Positions 30,000 to 35,980 of a DNA stretch of 35,980 nucleotides are shown here, one piece after another. The position numbers were made by a program, and so were the translations under genes. Numbering within the stretch: the first letter of the stretch is position 1; each line of letters starts with the position of its first letter. This stretch comes from Verrucomicrobiota bacterium (GTDB lineage: Bacteria > Verrucomicrobiota > Kiritimatiellia > UBA8416 > JAQBFJ01). The notes beneath the pieces were generated by a model, which was not told the DNA's origin, ran no database searches, and worked only from the letters and a program-made list of their open reading frames with translations. Location of the stretch: contig JAQBFJ010000230.1 of assembly GCA_032123435.1 (NCBI GenBank), forward strand, positions 1 to 35,980, read 5' to 3'.

Positions 30000-31352
30000 A
30001 TGAGTAAACAAAAAATATTGGTTATTGAAGACGATCCTGACGGGCGCGCGGCAGTTGCCGACGCTTTGAAAGACGCCGGATTCGAAGTTGTGACGGCGGT
30101 TGACGGGAGCACGGGTTGTCGTTTATTCAAGGAGCAGACGTTTGATGTTGTTCTATCCGATTTGATTCTGCCGGATATTGACGGTATAACGGTGTTGAAA
30201 CAGATAAAGCAGGTGGATGTGGAAATGCCTGTTCTGATAATGACCGCTTACGGAACGGTATCTACTGCGGTACAGGCATTAAAGGATGGCGCTTATGATT
30301 ATATTACCAAGCCGCTGGATCTGGACGATTTGCAGTCAAAGGTGCGGCACGCCGCTGAGACACAGCGTCTGAAAACGGAAGTGACTCGTCTTCGGCAATG
30401 TGTAGACGAGCGTTATGGTATCGCGGCAATGGTGGCCGAATCCAGGGGAATGCAGGAAGTGATCAGGCAGGTGAAAATATTGGCTGATACCACGGCAACT
30501 GTCCTGATTCAAGGTGAAAGCGGAACGGGCAAAGAACTGGTTGCGCGTGCTTTGCATGTTGAAGGCAGACGGAGTGGCGAGCCGTTTGTGGCGATTAATT
30601 GCGGCGCGTTCGCCGAGAGTCTTCTGGAATCGGAGCTGTTCGGGCATGAGAAGGGCGCCTTTACCGGCGCTGTAAACACGCGCAAGGGCGCATTTGAGCG
30701 TGCGCATGGCGGAAGTCTTTTTCTGGATGAGATTGGTAACGCGCCGATGTCGGTACAGGTGAAACTGTTGCGCGCGCTGGAAGAACGGGAGATGGTTCGT
30801 GTCGGCGGACAATGTTCGATTCCTGTTGATGTTCGGGTCATCTCGGCTTCCAACAGGATGCTGGATGAGCTTGTTGAGGAAGGCGAGTTCAGGGAAGACT
30901 TATTTTACAGATTAAAAGTGGTTGATCTTACTATCCCGCCGCTTAGAAAACGACCTGCCGATATACGTCCGTTAGTTGATCGTTTTGTTGCGTTGTCGTG
31001 CAGTGAGCATGGCCGCAATATCAAGGCGATTGATGGCGCGTGTTATGACGCGCTCGAAAAGTATGATTGGCCCGGCAATGTACGGCAATTACGCAATGCT
31101 GTTGAGTCGGCGGTCATAATGGTGGCCGGTCCGATTTTACGTATATCGGATTTTCGGATTGATCATGGTATTGATCGGGTGTCAGACCAGTTTCATGTGC
31201 CTGATGGAATGACGCTTGATGAACTTGACAGGGCGATACTTCTGCAATTACTTCAGCGTAATGATGGTAATCGAACGATTGTGGCTGATAAGCTTGGGAT
31301 CTCTCGCCGCACAATTCAACGCAAGATCAAGGAATACGATTTGCCATTTTGA
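30000..31352 (+). CDS. Sigma-54-dependent response regulator (NtrC/ZraR/AtoC family)
   Basis: Receiver domain; GESGTGKE; GAFTGA; WPGNVRQL; Fis-type HTH. Confidence 0.95.
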   Translation: MSKQKILVIEDDPDGRAAVADALKDAGFEVVTAVDGSTGCRLFKEQTFDVVLSDLILPDIDGITVLKQIKQVDVEMPVLIMTAYGTVSTAVQALKDGAYDYITKPLDLDDLQSKVRHAAETQRLKTEVTRLRQCVDERYGIAAMVAESRGMQEVIRQVKILADTTATVLIQGESGTGKELVARALHVEGRRSGEPFVAINCGAFAESLLESELFGHEKGAFTGAVNTRKGAFERAHGGSLFLDEIGNAPMSVQVKLLRALEEREMVRVGGQCSIPVDVRVISASNRMLDELVEEGEFREDLFYRLKVVDLTIPPLRKRPADIRPLVDRFVALSCSEHGRNIKAIDGACYDALEKYDWPGNVRQLRNAVESAVIMVAGPILRISDFRIDHGIDRVSDQFHVPDGMTLDELDRAILLQLLQRNDGNRTIVADKLGISRRTIQRKIKEYDLPF

Positions 31353-31483
31353 TGATATCTGCTGTCCGATTTATCCTTTATTTTGAACCACTACTGTCCG
31401 GTTTTAAAGCCTTGTAATACAGTTGATTATTGATGTTGGGCTCTTGGAGTTCAAGCGCATTTTGCGAGAGCGCCTTTAAAATG

Positions 31484-31520
31484 GGGGTAATAGTTTAGCG
31501 CCTTTCGGGTCCCTCAGTCT
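31484..31520 (+). repeat. GGGGT..TTTAGCGCCTT / CCCTCAGTC REP-like boundary motif (left end of the variable region)
   Basis: Same motifs recur in direct orientation at 35488-35509 and 35570-35578; degenerate inverted copy AAGGCGAATT at 32279. Confidence 0.55.
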
Positions 31521-31521
31521 C

Positions 31522-31549
31522 CCTCAGCGATGGGTCTCCCTATCCCGAT
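31522..31549 (+). mobile_element. Group II intron 3'-terminal (domain VI) remnant
   Basis: CCTCAGCGATGGGTCTCCCTATCCCGAT is nearly identical to 33194-33224. Confidence 0.7.
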
Positions 31550-31554
31550 CGGTG

Positions 31555-31659
31555 TTATTCCATTTCTTTACTTCGTGCCCAGTCAACGTAATCCCACACT
31601 TGATAATCAATAATGATGCTCGCCAGAATGTCCGATGGAATCAGTCCTTGGCTAAACTG
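31555..31659 (-). pseudogene. Orphan 3' fragment of a cassette-like gene
   Basis: 34 open codons (QFSQGLIPSD..RSKEME*) without a start, ending 5 bp from the intron 3' end. Confidence 0.35.
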
Positions 31660-31687
31660 TTAGTCTCGTAAAAAAGAAAGAATAGGA

Positions 31688-31718
31688 TTGCATGCTCCTG
31701 TATTCTATTGTATTCTAT
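31688..31718 (+). promoter_or_regulatory. TA promoter/operator
   Basis: TTGCAT-17-TATTCT overlapped by the tandem repeat TGTATTCTAT x2 (31699-31718). Confidence 0.6.
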
Positions 31719-31739
31719 AGTTGAAGAATGGAGGTAACA

Positions 31740-31979
31740 ATGTCAAAAACGGTAACTCTCAGATTAGATGACAAAGTTTATCGCAAATTTCGAGACTTTG
31801 CGGAAAACGACCGCCGTCCCCTCTCGAATTTTATTGAGACGGCGGCTCTCCGTTTTGTTGAAGAACATGAATATATTGATGAGTTTGAAATGGCGGAAAT
31901 CCGAGACAACGCGAGTCTGAACCGTAGCATCACAGCCGGTCTTCGCGATGTCAAAGCTAAACGAGGTCGGTTTGTCTGA
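31740..31979 (+). CDS. CopG/RHH-family antitoxin
   Basis: MSKTVTLRLDD..LSNFIETA RHH pattern; GGAGG RBS; overlaps the toxin start. Confidence 0.85.
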   Translation: MSKTVTLRLDDKVYRKFRDFAENDRRPLSNFIETAALRFVEEHEYIDEFEMAEIRDNASLNRSITAGLRDVKAKRGRFV

Positions 31980-32280
31980 TTTTCGAATTTTCGAGACCGA
32001 TGAATTTGCAAAGCAGTTCAAGAAGCTGTCCTCGCGCGACGGGAATTTCCTCCGCAGGAAACTCAATTCCTATGTCTACCCACAGATACGAACGGACCCA
32101 TTCTGGGGTACCAACATCAAGAAACATCAAGATTACTCCCCCGCCACATGGCGATATCGGATCGGCAGATTCCGACTGTTTTATGTCGTCGACCAGGAAT
32201 CAAAAACAATCTCTATCCTCACGATCGATGATCGGAAGGATGCTTACAAGCGACCAGGAGAATGGATAACAAGACAATAA
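31972..32280 (+). CDS. relE: RelE/ParE-family toxin
   Basis: FETDEFAKQFKKL..WRYRIGRFRLFY..DDRKDAY; TTG start coupled to the antitoxin stop. Confidence 0.88.
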   Translation: MSDFRIFETDEFAKQFKKLSSRDGNFLRRKLNSYVYPQIRTDPFWGTNIKKHQDYSPATWRYRIGRFRLFYVVDQESKTISILTIDDRKDAYKRPGEWITRQ

Positions 32281-32311
32281 GGCGAATTGTTGACGTTCGC
32301 ATCGGGAGAGG

Positions 32312-32351
32312 CTGAAGGGTCAGAGCCCCCAAAATAGCAAAATAAGAAATT
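32312..32351 (+). repeat. Left arm of a ~40 bp inverted repeat
   Basis: 19 bp core CCCAAAATAGCAAAATAAG (32328-32346) is the exact reverse complement of 35544-35562. Confidence 0.85.
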
Positions 32352-32468
32352 GACGCTGGGTTTCCAGTCGGCTTTAGCTGGAGCAGAAAACGGGCTCGAA
32401 TCTAAGTATTAGCCAATGTTTTCAATAGAAAAAAGATGATCTCGTTGTTTTAGAGAAAAAGTGTTAGG

Positions 32469-32504
32469 CCGACCAGGCCTAGTCGGTATAATAAGTAGTT
32501 GGTT
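32469..32504 (+). mobile_element. attI-like integron recombination site
   Basis: GTATAAT-AAGTA-GTTGGTT preceded by the palindrome CCGACCAGGCCTAGTCGG; GTTGGTT is complementary to AACCAAC (32780-32786) at the end of the next gene. Confidence 0.65.
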
Positions 32505-32514
32505 GAAAGAGGAA

Positions 32515-32847
32515 ATGAAGATATTGAGGTCCACAGGTATTGCCTTGTTGCTCCTAGCGGCCTGCGGTGCGTTCTTCTTCGCAAACGTCGTTGCGGATCC
32601 AACTTGGATCACCGGCCCCGTTCCTCCGTGGTCTGGTTCGGGCATGACTGAGCAAGAGTTCGTTGCGGATTTGAAACACCAGACGCTCCCGTGGAGAATC
32701 GCCTCGGGAGCCCTTCTGGCTGGGGCTCTTGCCATGCTTGCCGTTCAAATCAAAGGAAGACACACAAGAGCCGAGACACAACCAACAACAACATCCACCC
32801 CGAAGCGGTTCATTCGAGGCGTTAAGCGTGGAAATGAGTATGAATAG
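32515..32847 (+). CDS. Small hypothetical membrane protein (gene cassette)
   Basis: GAGG RBS directly after the core site; two hydrophobic segments; reads through the damaged attC. Confidence 0.65.
   Translation: MKILRSTGIALLLLAACGAFFFANVVADPTWITGPVPPWSGSGMTEQEFVADLKHQTLPWRIASGALLAGALAMLAVQIKGRHTRAETQPTTTSTPKRFIRGVKRGNEYE
32780..32827 (+). mobile_element. Shortened/chimeric attC site
   Basis: R'' AACCAAC ... R' GTTAAGC, only 48 bp, with non-complementary inner arms. Confidence 0.55.
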
Positions 32848-32864
32848 AATCCTTCCCTCATCTT

Positions 32865-32893
32865 TGCGGCAACCGTCAACCAGATTGTTCTGT
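32865..32893 (-). mobile_element. Half attC (R'' ACAGAAC + spacer + L''-like GGTTGACG), truncated
   Basis: Begins 9 bp after the stop of the 32903 ORF; no complementary arm. Confidence 0.45.
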
Positions 32894-32902
32894 CGATAGG
32901 AA

Positions 32903-33130
32903 TTACGTTTTTGGCAATGATGGCCAATTTGTCCATTCATCCTGAAATGCGACTGGAACGCCCTGCTTTCCACACACTCTGATCGTGTGACCGGTCCCGC
33001 CTTTCATTGGATTATCCTGATTGACGTAAAAGATGCCTACTGTCGCAGGTGACAACGCGCATTCCGCCGCGCCAATAACTTTGATGGTGTCGCGTAGAAG
33101 GTACAGTATGTCGGAGGATGTGAAGTTCAA
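32903..33130 (-). pseudogene. 3' fragment of a SLOG-like (DprA/YpsA-related) cassette gene
   Basis: GGTGHTIRVC..GVPV resembles the SLOG C-terminal motif; the 5' part is replaced by the intron remnant. Confidence 0.45.
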
Positions 33131-33147
33131 TGGAGCTTCACCAGCAA

Positions 33148-33224
33148 GAACCGCCCGGTGCGGACCCGCATGCCGTGGTGGTGTGGGAGGGGGCCTCAGC
33201 GATGGGGCTTCCCCCTATCCCGAT
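33148..33224 (+). mobile_element. Group IIC(-attC) intron remnant: domains V and VI
   Basis: GAACCGCCCGGTGCGGACCCGCATGCC..GGTGGTGTG (CGC triad); domain VI ends CCTATCCCGAT; 3' exon TCGGT; no RT ORF present. Confidence 0.88.
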
Positions 33225-33670
33225 TCGGTTATTTTTTTCTTTAATTCATTCAAATGGCGAAACGGGAAGCAGATCCAAAACGTCATCTGGTTTCCTTGCC
33301 GATTGCTCGGCCCATCTTTCATGACAAAGATCTTCTCCCCTCGACACTTGGCGAGGAATGCATCAATCTTCCGGTTCTGCTCCTCGATTTCCGCAATTGT
33401 GCCAAGGCGACCGACAAGAGGTCTTCGAAGGAGCCACGATGCAAAACGTGCGAACCATTCCCCTTTGATCGGTTCAGGTGATCGGTTTGTAAAACTGTCA
33501 AGATCAGACAACAGCGACTCTTGATCTCGATATGGCCATACGGTGTGATAACTATGACGTGTGCCTCCCGTGCGTTCGACTACATCAATCTTGAGTTCCT
33601 GACCATCTGGATGATCAGCTATTGTTGTCTGATACGTCGTGGGGCCAATTTTGATAGTTTCGTTTATCAT
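33215..33670 (-). CDS. Hypothetical protein (gene cassette)
   Basis: ATG at 33670, 8 bp after core site GTTCGGT; ends at R'' ACCGAA, with the stop supplied by intron sequence. Confidence 0.7.
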   Translation of the reverse strand: MINETIKIGPTTYQTTIADHPDGQELKIDVVERTGGTRHSYHTVWPYRDQESLLSDLDSFTNRSPEPIKGEWFARFASWLLRRPLVGRLGTIAEIEEQNRKIDAFLAKCRGEKIFVMKDGPSNRQGNQMTFWICFPFRHLNELKKKITESG

Positions 33671-33678
33671 TCTCTTAA

Positions 33679-33757
33679 ACCGAACGTCCTGCTCACCGGA
33701 CCAGTGAGGACGCGCACCGCGCGGCCTTACTGGGTACGGCGTAGCAACTGGTTCTGC
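33679..33757 (-). mobile_element. attC site (79 bp)
   Basis: R'' GCAGAAC-CAGTT-GCTACGCC ... GGTGAGC-AGGAC-GTTCGGT R'; long imperfect hairpin with two extrahelical bases. Confidence 0.85.
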
Positions 33758-33789
33758 ATTCTGTCTCAAGGATTGTAGGGAGACACTAT

Positions 33790-34638
33790 TTAGTCTGTTT
33801 CGAGTACAACTCGAAACCCGGTCGTGTACCATCCATCGTCTTTGTCGGTCCGCGTAGTGTAAGCATCAGATGCCACCAAGTCAGGCAAATCGTACCACGA
33901 TCCGCCGCAGCACACGATTTCGGTACACCATTCGGCCACGTTCCCATGCATGTCGTAGAGACCCCACGGATTTGGCTTGAAGCTGCCGACCGGGGCCGTG
34001 TTGTTGTGGCCGTCACTGTAGAGCTTGTCCTTAAAGACAAGATCATACGGGTTCGACGGATCGAGTCTGCGGGAGTTGTCAGCGTAGTTGGCGTGTTCTG
34101 GTAATTCGGCAACATCGTCGCCAAAGCTGTACTTCGTGCTAGTTCCCGCTCTGCAAGCGTATTGCCATTCAGCCTGGCTCGGCAGTCTGTACTCTTTTCC
34201 ATCCGTGGCACTGAGCGTCCGGCAGAAGTCGACAGCTTGCTGCCACGACACTTTCTCAACAGGGCGCTCGCCACCCTCAAACTGACTTGGGTTGTTCTTT
34301 GTGACGGACTCGTACTGACTCTGTGTAATTTCGTGAATAGAGAAGTAGACTGCCCTTGGCAGATCCGTTGTGGCAGATCCCGGATTCCCGGGCTCGATAA
34401 GTCGGAATTCAATTCCGATTGAATTTGTCACTACATGCGCAAGTGGTGCAGAGGCGGAACTGGCGAGAAGCACGTCGTTACCCTCGATAGTCTGGACAGC
34501 CTCAGAATGCGGGACGGTGATGTCCGTGGCCGTGTTGGTCGATGCCGACCTCGCTGGTTCGGGTTGTCTATCTCCACCACATCCAGACATTAACATCACT
34601 GCGGCGATTGCGCAGACACCAGTGGATAGTGTTTTCAT
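33790..34638 (-). CDS. FGE/SUMF1-domain lipoprotein (gene cassette)
   Basis: Lipobox LMSGC; RLPSQAEWQYACRAG, NPWGLYDMHGNVAEWC and GFRVV. Confidence 0.9.
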   Translation of the reverse strand: MKTLSTGVCAIAAVMLMSGCGGDRQPEPARSASTNTATDITVPHSEAVQTIEGNDVLLASSASAPLAHVVTNSIGIEFRLIEPGNPGSATTDLPRAVYFSIHEITQSQYESVTKNNPSQFEGGERPVEKVSWQQAVDFCRTLSATDGKEYRLPSQAEWQYACRAGTSTKYSFGDDVAELPEHANYADNSRRLDPSNPYDLVFKDKLYSDGHNNTAPVGSFKPNPWGLYDMHGNVAEWCTEIVCCGGSWYDLPDLVASDAYTTRTDKDDGWYTTGFRVVLETD

Positions 34639-34655
34639 GCCGATCTCCCTTCCTT

Positions 34656-34674
34656 GCAGAACTACTTATTAGCC
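34656..34674 (-). mobile_element. 19 bp hybrid attC-R''/attI junction (attI*-like)
   Basis: GGCTAAT-AAGTA-GTTCTGC. Confidence 0.7.
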
Positions 34675-34682
34675 GTGATTCT

Positions 34683-34880
34683 CTAAGCCGTTGCAAGCTG
34701 GTAGGAGAACTCGTTAACATCGGTTTGGTCTTTGGCATGTTCAACTGTCATGCTGACGACATGACCATCTTTATCAACCTCGACCAGAACGTCTTCATTC
34801 AAGTCGTATGTCTCTGTGATGTCATGCTTGCTAAATGTCAGCAAGAGTGTGTCTGTGTCTGAGAAGTATTTTGCTTTCAT
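34683..34880 (-). CDS. DUF2283-family putative antitoxin
   Basis: MKAKYFSDTDTLLLTF..VDKDGHVVSMTVEHA; acidic, 65 aa. Confidence 0.85.
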   Translation of the reverse strand: MKAKYFSDTDTLLLTFSKHDITETYDLNEDVLVEVDKDGHVVSMTVEHAKDQTDVNEFSYQLATA

Positions 34881-34885
34881 TATAT

Positions 34886-35122
34886 TTACTCCTTAAATCT
34901 TCTGTCAAAAAATGCATTATGAATGGTAGTGCCATCTTCCAGAAGGACTACTCTTAAATACTTGCTATCTGCTTCAATTATCTTTTTCCACCGGCGAATG
35001 CGGCCATCGGCCTGAACTCTTTCGACGTCAGGGGCAAGAACCGTGCTTTCGATCCAGTCCAACTTGATTGTAGCACGGTCAGGCCGTATTCTCGTATGTT
35101 CAAAATACTGGGTGAACTTCAT
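34886..35122 (-). CDS. Putative toxin partner (DUF4258/RelE-like fold)
   Basis: Basic, 78 aa; QADGRIRRW..YLRVVLLEDGTTIHNAFFDR; directly upstream of DUF2283. Confidence 0.75.
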   Translation of the reverse strand: MKFTQYFEHTRIRPDRATIKLDWIESTVLAPDVERVQADGRIRRWKKIIEADSKYLRVVLLEDGTTIHNAFFDRRFKE

Positions 35123-35128
35123 GCTGAA

Positions 35129-35157
35129 AACATAGCAAAGAGCTACCCGATAGTCCA
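35129..35157 (-). promoter_or_regulatory. Cassette-internal sigma-70 promoter giving a probably leaderless transcript
   Basis: TGGACT-17-TATGTT with TGn extension; ATG 6 nt after the -10 box; no SD. Confidence 0.55.
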
Positions 35158-35177
35158 GACATTCAATTGTTCTTTAC

Positions 35178-35269
35178 GGCTAACTACTTATTCAACAGAT
35201 CTCGTTATCCTTCCAAATCGGGAGGTAAACGCTATCTCGTTATCCTGCCAATTTGGGAGGCAAAGTGTT
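35178..35269 (-). mobile_element. Second attI-like site with upstream 35 bp-period direct repeats
   Basis: GTTGAAT-AAGTA-GTTAGCC (35178-35196); repeats ATCTCGTTATCCTKCCAAWTYGGGAGG start at 35199 and 35234. Confidence 0.65.
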
Positions 35270-35538
35270 CTCACTCGTCATTTCGTGTCGCAAGTACCAC
35301 TCCATGCCGTATTTGTTCTCAAACATGCGACAACACAGCCAGACTATAATACGTGCTGCGCCAACGTCAAGCATGTTTCGGAATGGAAATGAGATGCGTT
35401 CATGCATCCCACTTGTTGTTTGGAGCAGAATGACACCTGGCTGAGTGAGAAAAACACTTTGCAGAAAGACCAAGGTCACACAAAGTCGGGGTCTGCCATT
35501 TAGCGCCTTGATGGCTGGTCCCGGTAAGAGATAGAAAT

Positions 35539-35576
35539 AATTCCTTATTTTGCTATTTTGGGAGCTGACCCCTCAG
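35539..35576 (-). repeat. Right arm of the ~40 bp inverted repeat
   Basis: Reverse complement CTGAGGGGTCAGCTCCCAAAATAGCAAAATAAGGAATT vs CTGAAGGGTCAGAGCCCCCAAAATAGCAAAATAAGAAATT. Confidence 0.85.
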
Positions 35577-35614
35577 TCCCACGACTCCTCAGTCCCACAC
35601 TGTGTCCCCGAAAT

Positions 35615-35980
35615 CTACGTTTCCAGGTCTTTTGTATTGTTGGCATCGAAAGTCAGGATGAATTCAGAGCCTTTCCCTGGTTCACTTACTACATCTATTG
35701 TACCGCCGTTCCTGGTGATAAGGCGATATGTTATGGAGAGTCCGAGTCCGAGCCCTTTTTGCGCTTTTTTTGTCGTGAAAAAAGGATCGAAAATATTTTC
35801 CTGCACCTGTTTTTCCATGCCTGGTCCATTATCCTTTATCCGGACAACGACAGATTCTCCTTCCGCCTGCAATGATATTTCGATTGTTCCTTTGTTGTTC
35901 ATGGCGTCTGCCGCGTTGTTCAGCAGATTCAATATGGCGTGCTGGATCTGTATTCCATCCAGGAACAGGGTTGGGATATT
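35615..35980 (-). CDS. Histidine kinase, C-terminal HATPase_c domain (5' part outside the window)
   Basis: NLLNNAADAM, DNGPGM, FDPFFTTK and GLGLGL. Confidence 0.9.
   Translation of the reverse strand, partial: NIPTLFLDGIQIQHAILNLLNNAADAMNNKGTIEISLQAEGESVVVRIKDNGPGMEKQVQENIFDPFFTTKKAQKGLGLGLSITYRLITRNGGTIDVVSEPGKGSEFILTFDANNTKDLET

Noticed and set aside
33790-33920. DGR variable region in the FGE/CLec C-termini (also 5253-5380)
   Set aside because: No adenine-variant template repeat or reverse transcriptase was seen in the window; a remote TR cannot be excluded without a genome search.
34656-34674. Xer dif/pdif sites for the AATAAGTAGTT motifs
   Set aside because: They lack the 11-6-11 layout and the TTATGTTAAAT XerD arm; the 7-5-7 layout and cassette-end complementarity fit integron sites better.
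35240-35480. intI remnant or cassette gene next to the attI-like site
   Set aside because: Short ORFs on both strands lack tyrosine-recombinase motifs and good starts; left unannotated.
32312-35576. Classical IS or composite transposon
   Set aside because: No transposase ORF and no evident target-site duplication outside the inverted repeats.

Overview
Bacterial chromosomal window; the gene content suggests a PVC-group anaerobe such as Kiritimatiellia or Lentisphaerae (inference). Positions 1-31.4 kb are housekeeping genes: a TPR membrane protein, an RluB-like pseudouridine synthase, a UDPGP-type pyrophosphorylase, an ankyrin+FGE protein, a four-subunit Vor/Kor-type 2-oxoacid:ferredoxin oxidoreductase, DUF362 plus a polyferredoxin, a ~15 kb GldAFG-like ABC/DUF4340/MoxR/DUF58/Bat cluster, a membrane-anchored Hsp20 and a sigma-54 two-component system with divergent sigma-54 promoters. 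Two intergenic regions (2.86-3.8 kb and 11.55-11.99 kb) are mosaics of nested palindromes and share an inverted ~210-290 bp multi-hairpin element. The most interesting part is 31.48-35.58 kb, an integron-cassette graveyard with no integrase gene in the window. It holds two convergent attI-like sites with the core AATAAGTAGTT, each just inside one arm of a ~40 bp inverted repeat. It also holds one intact attC, an attI*-type hybrid junction, a chimeric attC, two 3'-end remnants of group IIC(-attC) introns and two toxin-antitoxin modules, all bracketed by GGGGTC-type REP-like motifs.
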